From Bacilli bacterium (GTDB lineage Bacteria > Bacillota_I > Bacilli_A > RFN20 > CAG-826): a stretch of DNA of 64,000 bases. Positions 27,690 to 38,255 of the stretch are shown piece after piece (positions within the stretch are counted from its first letter, which is position 1; every line of letters starts with the position of its first letter). The stretch lies in assembly GCA_022641095.1 (NCBI GenBank), contig JALCDB010000002.1, positions 62,792-126,791 on the forward strand, given 5' to 3'. Both the position numbers and the translations under genes were made by a program. Under the pieces are notes generated by a model. The model did not search any database, was not told the DNA's origin, and was given only the letters and a program-made list of their open reading frames with translations.

Positions 27690-28910
27690 ATGGGCATCTT
27701 TAATATTTTCAAGCGAAAGCACAAAACCGTGGAACCGGTCAACTACGACACGAGGGTCTTCAATTCCACGCTTAACGTCTTCTCCGACTTCGGGGACAAC
27801 ATAAACGCAAGCGATGTGGTGAAGATCTGCATCGATCGAATAGCAACACATGCCGCAAAGCTAAAACCGCGATACATAAAGAAGCAGGACGACTCAACGG
27901 TGGTGGAGAAGAAGGGGAGCCTGGCGTTCATCCTTAAGTTCCAGCCGAATCCGATCATGTCGCCTTACGATTTCATCTATCGAGTGGTGACGCTTCTATA
28001 TCTCAACAACAACGCATTCATATATCCCGTCTATGACGAGGCCACATTCGAGCTTAAAGAGCTCTGGCCTATCAAGCCTAACTCAGTGGAAGCGTTGAAA
28101 GACGAGAGTGGGGAGTTGTATCTCCGCTTTTATTTTTCTGACAGGAAGGCGTTCACTCTCCCATACGAATCCATTATCCATCTAAGGAGGTTCTATGGGA
28201 CTAACGATATCTTCGGCGGCTCCGGTGCGATCTCAGATCATTCCGCGATCCTTAAAACGATCAAGATAAACGATTCCGTTCTACAGGGGATTGATAACGC
28301 GATCAAGAGCTCGTTCCAGATCAGGGGCCTTTTGAAAATAAACGGCATGCTCTCCGAAAAGGACAAGAACGCTCAGAAGGCCGAGTTCGACCGTGCCCTT
28401 AAAACATCGGTGGAAGACGGTGGATCATCCATCGTTCCGATCGATCTGAAGAGCGAATACGTGCCGCTGAATGTCGATCCTAAGCTGGTCAACAGCGAAA
28501 CGCTCACATTCTTGCAGAAGAAGGTCATCTCTTACTTCGGCGTGAGCGATGCAATCTACGACAACAAATACGATGAAAACCAGTACAACGCATTTTACGA
28601 AGGATGCATCGAGGGGATCGCCATCGCTTTAAGCGAGGCATTCTCAAAAGCATTGCTAACCAAGAACGCATTAGAACGAGGAGAGGAAATCGTCTTCTAT
28701 TCAGAGAGGCTCCAATATGCCTCCTGGAACACCAAGGTCACCGCGATCGAAAAATTGATGGGCCTCGGGATCCTATCTCTGAACGAGAGCAGATCCTTGC
28801 TAGGCCTTGAGCCGATCGAAGGCGGGGATCGAAGACTACAATCCCTCAACTATGTCGATGCGAACAAGGCTAATCAATATCAAGTCGGCGAGCAACCTAA
28901 GGAGGAATAA
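27690..28910 (+). CDS. Portal protein
   Basis: Size (406 aa) and position after TerL; portal-like sequence. Confidence 0.6.
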   Translation: MGIFNIFKRKHKTVEPVNYDTRVFNSTLNVFSDFGDNINASDVVKICIDRIATHAAKLKPRYIKKQDDSTVVEKKGSLAFILKFQPNPIMSPYDFIYRVVTLLYLNNNAFIYPVYDEATFELKELWPIKPNSVEALKDESGELYLRFYFSDRKAFTLPYESIIHLRRFYGTNDIFGGSGAISDHSAILKTIKINDSVLQGIDNAIKSSFQIRGLLKINGMLSEKDKNAQKAEFDRALKTSVEDGGSSIVPIDLKSEYVPLNVDPKLVNSETLTFLQKKVISYFGVSDAIYDNKYDENQYNAFYEGCIEGIAIALSEAFSKALLTKNALERGEEIVFYSERLQYASWNTKVTAIEKLMGLGILSLNESRSLLGLEPIEGGDRRLQSLNYVDANKANQYQVGEQPKEE

Positions 28911-28913
28911 CCA

Positions 28914-29525
28914 ATGCAAACCAACAATAAAGAAACCAGATTCTCCGCTATATGCAAAAGGGCGGATGAAGACGAAACCAAGATGGTAGTTGAAGGCTAT
29001 GCCATCGTCTTTGACGAAGAAACGCTCATCGGCGATGAAACGCATGGCTTTATCGAAACCATCGACAAGAACGCTTTAAACGGAGCTGACCTAAGCGATG
29101 TTCCATTTAAATACAACCACACGGACAACCACCTGATCCTAGCAAGGACCAGAAACGGATCGCTCTCATTATCTGTTGACGATCACGGCCTAAAGATCCG
29201 TGCGGAATTGCTCGACACTCAATCCAACAGGGACGTTTACAAGTCCATCGAGGCCGGGCTATTAGACAAGATGTCATTTGCTTTCACTGTAAAAAGTCAA
29301 AGCTGGGATAGAAGTGGGGATATACCGAAGAGAACGATCACGGCAATTGATCGCTTATTCGATGTATCTGTCGTGGACTTGCCGGCCTACGATTCCACCT
29401 CGATAACGGCTAGTGCACGTTCTCTAGAGATCGCGGATGCGGAACTAGAGGCATTGGAGAATGCAGAAAACGAAGCAAAAAGAGCAGTGATTAGTCAAAG
29501 ACTAAAAATCAAAACGAAAATATAG
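28914..29525 (+). CDS. Prohead (head maturation) protease, HK97 family
   Basis: VEGYAIVFDEET…YNHTDNHLILARTR…DKMSFAF is HK97-protease-like. Confidence 0.65.
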   Translation: MQTNNKETRFSAICKRADEDETKMVVEGYAIVFDEETLIGDETHGFIETIDKNALNGADLSDVPFKYNHTDNHLILARTRNGSLSLSVDDHGLKIRAELLDTQSNRDVYKSIEAGLLDKMSFAFTVKSQSWDRSGDIPKRTITAIDRLFDVSVVDLPAYDSTSITASARSLEIADAELEALENAENEAKRAVISQRLKIKTKI

Positions 29526-29540
29526 GAGGATTCATTAACC

Positions 29541-30704
29541 ATGAATTTAGAAATTCGCAAAAAAGAAATCAATGACCGTTTGGAAGAAATCCGCGGCCTT
29601 GCTGATTCCGAATCTGACGTCTCCAAACTCGAAGAACTCGACAAGGAAGCAGATTCCCTTATCAGCGAAAGAGCAGCCCTTGATAAGAAGATCGCCCTCA
29701 AAGGCAAATTCGACAGGGCCGCAAAAGTCGACACCCGTACCGCCGTCTCTGATGACGAAGAAATGGAAAAACGCGGTGTCGCACTCAAGGAAGGCAGAAG
29801 CGTAACCATTGCCTCTGACGGGGTCATCCTTCCTAATCACCAATCTAACGAATTAGGTGCCTACCCCTTCAAGGAAGTCTCCACCCTTGTCGATCAGGTC
29901 AAAGTTGTGAACCTCATCGGCGGCGAGACCTACAAGAAATCATTCGTCAAATCCCACGGCACTGGTGGATTGACTGCCGAAGGCGATCCTTACACAACTG
30001 CCGAACCTACCTTCGGTTACGCAACCATCAGCAAAGTCAAGGTCACCGCTTATGCGGAAGTCACCGAGGAATTGGAAAAGCTTCCTGCTCTTCCTTATGC
30101 TCAAGAGGTCTTAAACGGCATTACCATCGCCCTCAAAAAGAAGCTCTCCGAACAAATCCTCAAAGGTGCCGGTACTACCAACACCTTTAAAGGCATCTTC
30201 GCCAACAACGTTGAAGCCTTGGCCGATAACACCGACCTTGAAATCAGCGAAATCGATGCAAACACCCTCGATACCATCATCTATGCCTATGGCGGCGATG
30301 AAGAAGTCGAAGGCGGTGCGGCTTTGATCCTCTCCAAAAACGACTTAAGGGCATTCGCCAACTTGAGAACCAATGAAGGAAGAAAAGTCCACATCATCGA
30401 TTACCTCGCCCATACCATCGATGGCATTCCTTACGTTATCAACTCTAACTGCGGATCCATCGCAGCTTCCGGCACTGAAGCTGGTACCTATTGCATCGCC
30501 TACGGTGCTTTACACAACTACGAAGTGCCTGTCTTCTCCGGTGTCGATATCCAAAAGTCGACCGACTACAAGTTCAAAGACGGAATCATCTGCTACAAAG
30601 CGAGCGTCTTCACTGGCGGTAACGTCACCGGCTATAAGGGCTTCATCAGGGTCAAGAAGGCCGCCGCAAACGCCTCTGCCTCCGAAGAAGTCACCGAAGG
30701 CTAA
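29541..30704 (+). CDS. Major capsid protein (HK97 fold) with an N-terminal coiled-coil delta/scaffold-like segment
   Basis: 387 aa directly after the protease; charged helical N-terminal 100 aa. Confidence 0.6.
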   Translation: MNLEIRKKEINDRLEEIRGLADSESDVSKLEELDKEADSLISERAALDKKIALKGKFDRAAKVDTRTAVSDDEEMEKRGVALKEGRSVTIASDGVILPNHQSNELGAYPFKEVSTLVDQVKVVNLIGGETYKKSFVKSHGTGGLTAEGDPYTTAEPTFGYATISKVKVTAYAEVTEELEKLPALPYAQEVLNGITIALKKKLSEQILKGAGTTNTFKGIFANNVEALADNTDLEISEIDANTLDTIIYAYGGDEEVEGGAALILSKNDLRAFANLRTNEGRKVHIIDYLAHTIDGIPYVINSNCGSIAASGTEAGTYCIAYGALHNYEVPVFSGVDIQKSTDYKFKDGIICYKASVFTGGNVTGYKGFIRVKKAAANASASEEVTEG

Positions 30705-30788
30705 TATTCGCCGAAACACAGGAATGTCTCCCTTCTCCTTGCGGGCGGGGAGCTTCCTGCAAAATAGGTAGGACCAAAGGAGGTAGTT

Positions 30789-31088
30789 ATGCCAAGTGAA
30801 ACAATGTTAGAAAAGGTCAAAAAGGCTTTGCTTATCCCTACGTCAGAAACCTACGCAGATGACGAGCTAACGCTCCATATCGCCTCGTGCCGCCAGTTGC
30901 TGATAACTTCTGGAGTTCCTAGTGAAATCGCTGGGGCGGACACCGATCCTCTAGTGCAAGGACTGATATTAATATACGTGAAGACCTACTTTGGCTTTAA
31001 AAACGATGGGTCCGTTAAGGAGTTGCCTTCGGGCTTCGAGACTCTACTTAGGCAGCTTTGCCTCGTGCAGGCTTCCGAGGAGGTCTAA
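30789..31088 (+). CDS. Head-tail connector (gp6-like)
   Basis: Synteny and size (99 aa). Confidence 0.4.
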   Translation: MPSETMLEKVKKALLIPTSETYADDELTLHIASCRQLLITSGVPSEIAGADTDPLVQGLILIYVKTYFGFKNDGSVKELPSGFETLLRQLCLVQASEEV

Positions 31089-31090
31089 CT

Positions 31091-31441
31091 ATGCTAGCGT
31101 TCCCTAATTCCTATAACGCCGTCTTGATCCTATTCCGTGTTAAAACAGCTGCCGACTCCCTTGGTAACAAGGCATGGCGGTTGGTCGGGTCTAAGGAGGT
31201 GGGTGGAAGCATCTCTTCCATCTCCTCCAAGGAATTTAACATCGCATCAACAACGCAGGTGAAATACGAATTCAAAGTATCGATCCAGTGTTTTCTTTAC
31301 GATGGCAGCAAATATGCCTACTTGCCGCGTGAAGACAAGGTCTACCAGATCGGAAGGACCTACCTGAATGGGCAGTTCCTCGAACTCTATCTGAGCGAAA
31401 CCTCGATTCGATGGGAGGATATCATCAAAGATGGAAGTTGA
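31091..31441 (+). CDS. Head closure / head-tail adaptor protein
   Basis: Synteny. GGAGG RBS before the ATG at 31091; the track start at 31058 overlaps the previous gene. Confidence 0.35.
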   Translation: MLAFPNSYNAVLILFRVKTAADSLGNKAWRLVGSKEVGGSISSISSKEFNIASTTQVKYEFKVSIQCFLYDGSKYAYLPREDKVYQIGRTYLNGQFLELYLSETSIRWEDIIKDGS

Positions 31442-31808
31442 TCAGGTAACAAAAGAAATAGAAAAAGCCGTGGTGGCATATTCAAATGAGGTTGAGGCAT
31501 CGATCGACCAACGCCTCGAAGATACGGCGGATAAAATCATCGAATACATAAAATCGCACGCTCCCAGAAGCGGTGATTCGGAGGCTCTCGCTGATTCGTT
31601 CATCAAGCAGGAGTATGGCAGTGGATCCAACAAGACCATTGTCATTTTTTCTAAAACGAAGAGCGGGATCGTCCATTTGATCGAATTCGGATTCAGGCAC
31701 AGAAGCGGAAAGATGGTGGCGGCCAGGCCTTTTATGAGACCGGCCTACGAAGATCTAACACCGACCATGCTTGATGACATTAAAAAGATAATCGAGAGGG
31801 GTGGTTAG
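31431..31808 (+). CDS. Tail-component protein (HK97 gp10-like)
   Basis: Synteny and size. Confidence 0.3.
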   Translation: MEVDQVTKEIEKAVVAYSNEVEASIDQRLEDTADKIIEYIKSHAPRSGDSEALADSFIKQEYGSGSNKTIVIFSKTKSGIVHLIEFGFRHRSGKMVAARPFMRPAYEDLTPTMLDDIKKIIERGG

Positions 31809-32157
31809 GATGCTGGAAGAATTAAGGCAAGTCTTGCTGCAGGTGAATTCGAAAGTTTTCTATGCGGCCAACGAGTACGACAACGATTCCGTGACCGAAC
31901 CGCCATTCATCATTTATCAGGAAACAACGAAGAGGGCAGGACTCTTCAATGACAACAAGCCTGCGTTTTACGTGAGCGACATTCAAATCACGCTCGTCAC
32001 AAAGAAAAAGGATCCGGATCTTGAACACGTTCTAGAATCGACCCTTCTTCAGAATGATTACACGTTTGAAGTACTGTCCGAGTACAGAAATCCGGACGGC
32101 TCTATAAATAGAGTCTACGAAATTAGGCTGGAGGAATACATCAATGCCAAACAATAA
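31801..32157 (+). CDS. Tail completion protein
   Basis: Synteny and size. Confidence 0.3.
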   Translation: MVRMLEELRQVLLQVNSKVFYAANEYDNDSVTEPPFIIYQETTKRAGLFNDNKPAFYVSDIQITLVTKKKDPDLEHVLESTLLQNDYTFEVLSEYRNPDGSINRVYEIRLEEYINAKQ

Positions 32158-32713
32158 AATTACATTTGGATTACGCAACGTCCATTACTCAATTGCGACT
32201 CAAGACACACAGGGTGCCTGGTCTTTTGCTACTCCTGTAGCCTTGCCCGGTGCTCAAGAGTTCTCTAGCGACATCGTTGGAGGATCAACTTCCGTATATG
32301 CTGACGACATCATCTACTACAATCTCGTCCAAAACGCCGGTCGTACCCTTACCTTGAAACTTACCGAACTCACAGAAGAATTCAAAACTGACGTCCTTGG
32401 CTATCAAAAGCTCGCCAACGGAAACCTCGTAGAAGTGGTCAATGCCACCCCGGTTACCTTTGCTTTGGGCCTCGAATTCCAAGGCGACATCAAGGCACGC
32501 AGGGCATGGTTCTATCTCTGCAACGTTACCCCTGTGAGCGAGTCATCTAAAACCAAAGCGGACAGCATCGAAGCGAATTCTGTCACTTTGAATATCACCG
32601 CACGCCCGATCCAAGTAGGAGATGCCTTGGTGACAAACTGCGTAGCGGCCGTTGGCGATAGCAACTATACCAACTTCCTAACAACCGCTCCGGTTCTCCC
32701 GGACATCGACTAA
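32144..32713 (+). CDS. Major tail protein
   Basis: 189 aa upstream of the chaperone and tape measure genes. Confidence 0.45.
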   Translation: MPNNKITFGLRNVHYSIATQDTQGAWSFATPVALPGAQEFSSDIVGGSTSVYADDIIYYNLVQNAGRTLTLKLTELTEEFKTDVLGYQKLANGNLVEVVNATPVTFALGLEFQGDIKARRAWFYLCNVTPVSESSKTKADSIEANSVTLNITARPIQVGDALVTNCVAAVGDSNYTNFLTTAPVLPDID

Positions 32714-32728
32714 CGGGGTCTGGCGAAC

Positions 32729-33085
32729 ATGGAACGTACAGTAACGCTTAACGGGAAGGAGCTCCGCTTGGCTTCTTCCCTTTTCACAATCATCTCTTAT
32801 AGAGGCATCTTCGGAACCGAGCTATTCGAGGACGTTGATCGCTTGGAAAAAGCGGTGGAGAAGAACCAAAACGAGGTGGGGAGATTCGTTGATATCCTCT
32901 TCAGACTCGTCTATGTCCTCCACAAGCCTTTCACTAACGATTCCTATGATCAGTTCCTTCAGGGCTTCGATTTCTCGGTCCTATCCAACACCGAGGAACT
33001 CACAAACCTCGCTAAGGTGATCGGCGAACTTTTAGGCAGCATCAACTCCGACCATAAGGGGGACACTGCCTCCCCTCAAAAATAG
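32729..33085 (+). CDS. Tail assembly chaperone (G-like)
   Basis: Position immediately upstream of the tape measure protein, with a 200-nt apparent gap that is in fact open in another frame. Confidence 0.45.
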   Translation: MERTVTLNGKELRLASSLFTIISYRGIFGTELFEDVDRLEKAVEKNQNEVGRFVDILFRLVYVLHKPFTNDSYDQFLQGFDFSVLSNTEELTNLAKVIGELLGSINSDHKGDTASPQK

Positions 33086-33272
33086 GCCAAGAGAGAACGT
33101 CACGGCGAATATAATCTTCAACTTGGCCCAGTTAGGGATACCAATCCGTGATAGTGCATTCTTCGACATACAGACCTACCTTGACATAGTCAAATTGCAG
33201 AAATCGATCTATGGCGGCGAGGGGTCAAACAAGCAGGCGAGTCAATCGGATATTGACGCCTTTTTAGGCTAA
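33036..33272 (+). CDS. Start-less overlapping ORF in the +1 frame (candidate frameshift extension of the tail chaperone, GT-like)
   Basis: The +1 frame is open from 33036 to the TAA at 33270-33272 with no ATG. It overlaps the last 50 nt of the chaperone and ends just before the GGAGGG RBS of the tape measure gene. Confidence 0.35.
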   Translation, partial: AASTPTIRGTLPPLKNRPRENVTANIIFNLAQLGIPIRDSAFFDIQTYLDIVKLQKSIYGGEGSNKQASQSDIDAFLG

Positions 33273-33284
33273 GGAGGGAAAGGG

Positions 33285-35588
33285 ATGGCTGAAACCGTTA
33301 AAGGATTAAACATTAAGCTTGGTCTTGATACCACGGAACTTGAAGCTAACATCAAATCCCTCAATTCTGAGCTTAAAGAACAACAAAAAGACCTTGCTGC
33401 AATCAACAAGAACCTACGATACGATTCGGGGAACGTTGACCTCTGGAAACAGAAGCAAGAGAAACTAAACCAAATACTGACGACCACAAAGACGAAACTG
33501 GCTGAGCAAAACAGGCAGCTGGAGGAAGCCAAGAAGGCCGTTGAAATAGGTGCAATGAGTCAGGAGGAGTTCAACAAACTCAAACGATCGGTTCAATACA
33601 CCGAAGCCGAGATCAAAAATCTCAACAACCAGCTAAACCAGACCGGCGAGAAGATCGGGAATCTCTCCAAGATCGACACGGCCGCCTTAGGCAAGGTTGG
33701 TGAATCATTAACAAAATACGTTACGGCCCCCGCGATTGCTGCGGCAACAGCCCTGACTGCGTTGGCGTTAAAAACGTCTGATACGGTCAACGACATGAAC
33801 GATGCTGCCACTTCGCTAGGTGTTTCTTTAGAAACTTTGCAGGAGTGGGAATACGCCGCAAAGCAGCTCGGATCGGAAACCGAGTACATGGATAAGGCCT
33901 TCCAAAAGGTCAACACCGTGCTCGGACAGATCGCGTCTGGCAAAAGCGATGCCGCCGCCGAATCCTTGGCTTTGATCGGACTGACGATCGATGACATTAA
34001 AGGACTGAACGCGGAGCAAGCATTCCAAAAGATCAGAGCCGCACTTGCGAACGTTGAGGACGCCGCAACCAGAGTTGCCGTAGCCAACGCGTTCTTTGGC
34101 GAAAAGCTCGGCACATCACTGGCACCCGTTCTATCCGCAACCGAAGAGGAACTTCAATCGTGGAGGGAAGAAGCACAGAAGGTCGGAATCGTTTCAAGCG
34201 AGGATGCTGACGCGATCGGCGAGTGGGACAACGCTCTTTATTCGCTTAAGCAGGCTACGCTCTCGCTTTCTGCCACCTTCGCAGCAACTTTATTGCCCGC
34301 CCTTCAAAAGATCGTGGAAGCGATCAGGGACCAAATCATCCCTAAGGTCAGACAGCTAATCGAATGGTGGAAAAACCTAAGCGATTCCACGAAAAAGATA
34401 ATTGCAGTGGTAGCCGGCGTGGTGGTATCGCTTGGTCCTTTATTGGTCACGATAGCAAAGCTAGTGCCGTTGGTCAAAAGCCTAAAGATCGCCTTTACAG
34501 CGGTCCAAACGGCCCTCACAGCGGTCAAAACCGGAGTGTCCGCAGCAACAGCCGGGTGGGTCGCTCTCATCGCTATAATCGCGGTTCTATTGCTTCAGAA
34601 CGAGAAGTTCAGGGAAGTGCTGAAAAGGATCTTCGACATCCTCGGAGAACTGATCAGCAAAATCGCCTCGTTCATCGAGCAGATCGTCAACGCCTTAATG
34701 CCGGTCATAGAAGCCATCATGGAAGTTCTTAATGGCCTCATTGACGCATTGGCGGACTCGCTAAATGAGATCCTTGACGCGGTTTGCGAAGTCCTGGGGG
34801 TCATTATAGACCTCATAGAGAAGCTGATCCCGATCCTCAACGAGATTACGGAGATGATCGCTGGGATATTGGTCCCCATCATCCAGATCATCCAGAAGCT
34901 ATTATCGGCGATCTCCAAGATTGTTAAGGCGATAACAAAGTTATTAGTCCAGATAATTGAGGTGATCGTTGAGCTTATTGAATCGGTTCTAGATGCCTTG
35001 GTGGAAATCATCCAGGTCATAGTGGATATCCTCGGAGTGGTGATTAACGTGATCGTTCAGATCCTCGACATCATCATCGAGATCCTTAATCCGATCCTTG
35101 AGATCATCGTGGCTTTGATCCAGCCGATCATCGAAATCATCGGAATCGTCATCGAGATCATCTCAATGCTCATGGATCTTCTAAAACCTCTGCTGGACAC
35201 CCTTCTTTCTCCGATCACGGACATCCTGGGTGTTGTTTTCACGATCATTGAGGCACTTTCGCCTGTCCTGGTCGTGATAGCACAGGTCATCAAAGAAGTG
35301 ATATGCCCGGTTCTCGAGATCCTGTTCCAACTCCTGAAGCCTATCCTGGACATCCTTAATGCCATAATCGAGGCGGTTAAGTGGATCCTAGACAAGGCAT
35401 CCGGCGTTTTTCAATGGATCGGCGATCTTTTCACCGGGAAGCTTTTCTCGAGCGGAAACTCCGTGGAGAAGAACACGAGCAACAACACTACAAACAACAA
35501 CTCAACGACCACAAATAACGTGACCATTAACACGTCTGGTGACGTTGATATTGATTCAATCAATAAAGCTTTAGGAGGTGCTTACTGA
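33285..35588 (+). CDS. Tail tape measure protein
   Basis: 767 aa. Coiled-coil N-terminal half, TM-like segments, extensive I/L-rich helical repeats, Asn/Thr-rich C-terminus. Confidence 0.8.
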   Translation: MAETVKGLNIKLGLDTTELEANIKSLNSELKEQQKDLAAINKNLRYDSGNVDLWKQKQEKLNQILTTTKTKLAEQNRQLEEAKKAVEIGAMSQEEFNKLKRSVQYTEAEIKNLNNQLNQTGEKIGNLSKIDTAALGKVGESLTKYVTAPAIAAATALTALALKTSDTVNDMNDAATSLGVSLETLQEWEYAAKQLGSETEYMDKAFQKVNTVLGQIASGKSDAAAESLALIGLTIDDIKGLNAEQAFQKIRAALANVEDAATRVAVANAFFGEKLGTSLAPVLSATEEELQSWREEAQKVGIVSSEDADAIGEWDNALYSLKQATLSLSATFAATLLPALQKIVEAIRDQIIPKVRQLIEWWKNLSDSTKKIIAVVAGVVVSLGPLLVTIAKLVPLVKSLKIAFTAVQTALTAVKTGVSAATAGWVALIAIIAVLLLQNEKFREVLKRIFDILGELISKIASFIEQIVNALMPVIEAIMEVLNGLIDALADSLNEILDAVCEVLGVIIDLIEKLIPILNEITEMIAGILVPIIQIIQKLLSAISKIVKAITKLLVQIIEVIVELIESVLDALVEIIQVIVDILGVVINVIVQILDIIIEILNPILEIIVALIQPIIEIIGIVIEIISMLMDLLKPLLDTLLSPITDILGVVFTIIEALSPVLVVIAQVIKEVICPVLEILFQLLKPILDILNAIIEAVKWILDKASGVFQWIGDLFTGKLFSSGNSVEKNTSNNTTNNNSTTTNNVTINTSGDVDIDSINKALGGAY

Positions 35589-36412
35589 TGAGACAGTTAT
35601 ATTTAGTCAACGAAGTAGGCACTTCCTATTATTTCGATCATAGGAGCAAAACCTATATTGAAGCCCTCGATGGGCTGGGTTTCGAGTTCGACATCAAATA
35701 TCAGGAATTCGATGCCAGGTTCGTTGAGAGCAAACGATCGATCCCACAGCGTCAGATCTCCGTTGATCTCGTCTTCGAGGACGGATATGTTGGCTTCACA
35801 CGCTGGAGGGAGTTCATAACAAAAAGCAAGCAGCTGAGGCTTTTCTATTCATGCGATGGCGTGAAGTACTGCTACGTGAATATCAGAACGAGCACAAAAA
35901 CCCAGCTCGAATCCGGGATCCTAAGGACTTCCGTGCAGATCGATTGTCTATCTTTATGGCTGGTCAACAAATCGGCGACCATCGATGTGGTGGAGACCGG
36001 CGGCGGGAAGATCTACGAGTACACGTACCCTTACGTTTATTCGGTGTCTTTCAACGGAACCGTCACGGTCACTAACGCGAGTTCACGATCCGTTCCACTG
36101 AAGTTGACTATAGTCGGCAACGTGATGAACCCTAGGATCATAGTGAGACAAAACGGCGAGGATATCGCTTCGTGCAGGCTTTTCATCGATGAGAGGGAGA
36201 GTCCAATGATCGTGATAAATGCCGAGCCAACGGACCAGCACGTGGTGAAGATAGTGGGAAGTGACGAGATCGATATCTATTCGACCCAGGACTTCTCGCT
36301 CGATACCTTCCTGTTTCTCCCTCCCGGCACCAGCGAGATCTTCTTCGATCCAGGCGTAAGGGAACCTTGCACTTGCTATATCGAGTTCAAGGAAGAATAC
36401 ATCGCACATTAG
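35588..36412 (+). CDS. Distal tail protein (Dit-like)
   Basis: Gene directly after the tape measure gene; 274 aa. Confidence 0.5.
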   Translation: MRQLYLVNEVGTSYYFDHRSKTYIEALDGLGFEFDIKYQEFDARFVESKRSIPQRQISVDLVFEDGYVGFTRWREFITKSKQLRLFYSCDGVKYCYVNIRTSTKTQLESGILRTSVQIDCLSLWLVNKSATIDVVETGGGKIYEYTYPYVYSVSFNGTVTVTNASSRSVPLKLTIVGNVMNPRIIVRQNGEDIASCRLFIDERESPMIVINAEPTDQHVVKIVGSDEIDIYSTQDFSLDTFLFLPPGTSEIFFDPGVREPCTCYIEFKEEYIAH

Positions 36413-36421
36413 GAGGGAAAC

Positions 36422-37480
36422 ATGGAAATCATCTTTTTAAACGAACAGGACCTTTCGATAATCGATCATGGCTATGCCACAGATGACTATGAAATAGTTC
36501 TGGATGCCCTGATCCCCCAGAAATCATCGTTCGTGATCAACAAGCCTGGCTTGAACGTTGAGCTTGGCGATTACCTGGTGGTGCGAGATAGGGGATATTT
36601 CTACATCGGAATAATCACCGGAATCGAAAAGCAGGAAGATGAGACCACGAAGGTAAGCACTAAGGACTTCCTTGGAATCCTTGACGTGACGGTCCCTGTC
36701 TCTTCCTTCACCGGCAGCATCTCGCAGTTTCTCATTGACCTTATCAGTAGCCACTTCAAGTGGAGCGGCGATGCATACCAAAACCTGTCCTATCTAACCA
36801 CCCAGATCGATTTCACCAAAACCGGTACGCTCACCTATGATGCTGATGCCACGGCCAATATTCTCGATCTGGTCGAGGAGTTCTCAAAAACCTACGGAAT
36901 AAGACTCGCCTATGAGCTGGTCATCAGCAACGGCAGCATTACCGGCATCTGCGTTAAAGCGGTGGCGGTCACGAAAGGGATCACGATAAGAAGCGATCTT
37001 GGAACAATCACAAATCTGCTGATATCGGACGCAAACGAGAACTCCGTGAATAAAATCATCTTCTTCCCTAAATCGGACAACACCAGCCATACTGGGACGG
37101 TTTCTTACTATCTCTTGACGAATGGAACGGTGTCCACCTTGGCTACATCCCCTTATAGGATCGAGAAGGTTAGATTCAAATATCAGGCATATTCAGACAA
37201 GGACTATATGTCCTTACAGACAAAAGCAACGAGTGCGTTGATAGACTCCTCATTGGAGCACAGCATAACGTTTGACTTCTCATTCGTCACGAATGGGATC
37301 GAGGCACTTGCCGACCTTTCGATCGGTGCATTCGTTGAATTTATAACGCCGCTCAAAACCTACGAAACCCTGGTCACTAAGATCAAATACAAGGGGACGT
37401 TCGATTCCGCGGAAATAACGCTGGGCGAGTATCGAGTCTCGCTAACCGACAAATTGAAGCTACTCGACAGGAGGAAATAA
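36422..37480 (+). CDS. Tail-associated protein (Tal / tail endopeptidase-like N-terminal domain)
   Basis: Synteny; 352 aa. Confidence 0.4.
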   Translation: MEIIFLNEQDLSIIDHGYATDDYEIVLDALIPQKSSFVINKPGLNVELGDYLVVRDRGYFYIGIITGIEKQEDETTKVSTKDFLGILDVTVPVSSFTGSISQFLIDLISSHFKWSGDAYQNLSYLTTQIDFTKTGTLTYDADATANILDLVEEFSKTYGIRLAYELVISNGSITGICVKAVAVTKGITIRSDLGTITNLLISDANENSVNKIIFFPKSDNTSHTGTVSYYLLTNGTVSTLATSPYRIEKVRFKYQAYSDKDYMSLQTKATSALIDSSLEHSITFDFSFVTNGIEALADLSIGAFVEFITPLKTYETLVTKIKYKGTFDSAEITLGEYRVSLTDKLKLLDRRK

Positions 37481-37481
37481 C

Positions 37482-38255
37482 ATGGCCCTTATTAAAATCA
37501 CATTTGATTCCGCATCGGTCACTTCTAAAGAAGATGCTGATGTAAACCATTATCTTGCCGCTGGTCAGAACGGGATCATCGCGGGCTTGCTGAATGCTTG
37601 CTCGGCTTCAACCAGCAATAACTACATCACATTCCAAAGTGGCTATGTCCAGGCCTACGGCAGAAGGGTCTATGTCGAAAGCGGAACGAAAATCTCCGTA
37701 TCCCTTGATGGATCGGCCTATGGCTATGTTGTCGTCAAGATCGACATCGGAAACAACGTGGTCACCTTGGAGAAAAAGGAAAAGACCAGCGGATGGCCAA
37801 CATTGACGCAGCAGGACCTTATCAACGGAGGCTTGATTTACGAACTTCCGTTAGCGAGGTACACGAAAACAACGTCTAGCCTAACGCTTGATACCTCATA
37901 TTCGGTGCCTAAGATCCAGAACTTCGACACCATTGCGACATCCAGGGCATATACACAAAGAACCTACGTTGAAAGTGAATTCGGCCCTAAATGGCAGAGC
38001 ATTGGATCCGTTTCTTATGGAACCACATATATTTTCACCAATATTACAAGTTCTGATGCACCAGGCATCGGCTCTGTGTATGTAGGTGGCTGCACGGTCC
38101 TTTTTGATCTCAGTGCAGTTGGTGGATCTGGCGGCATTGTTTATTATCGCTACAACGGTTCGGACCGCTCATTATCGATGCAATTAACCTCGAGCGGACT
38201 CTATATCCAGGCATCGGACGGGAGCACACCTAAGTATGTCAGAGTCGTTCGATAG
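37482..38255 (+). CDS. Putative tail fiber / receptor-binding protein
   Basis: Synteny; beta-rich Ser/Thr/Gly-rich sequence. Confidence 0.3.
   Translation: MALIKITFDSASVTSKEDADVNHYLAAGQNGIIAGLLNACSASTSNNYITFQSGYVQAYGRRVYVESGTKISVSLDGSAYGYVVVKIDIGNNVVTLEKKEKTSGWPTLTQQDLINGGLIYELPLARYTKTTSSLTLDTSYSVPKIQNFDTIATSRAYTQRTYVESEFGPKWQSIGSVSYGTTYIFTNITSSDAPGIGSVYVGGCTVLFDLSAVGGSGGIVYYRYNGSDRSLSMQLTSSGLYIQASDGSTPKYVRVVR

Noticed and set aside
34600-35400. Highly repetitive DNA (recurring ATCATCGAGATCC-like units) that could be mistaken for a tandem repeat or CRISPR-like array
   Set aside because: It lies entirely inside the tape measure ORF. It encodes continuous I/L/E/V heptad-like helical repeats in one frame, and has no spacer–repeat periodicity or adjacent cas genes.
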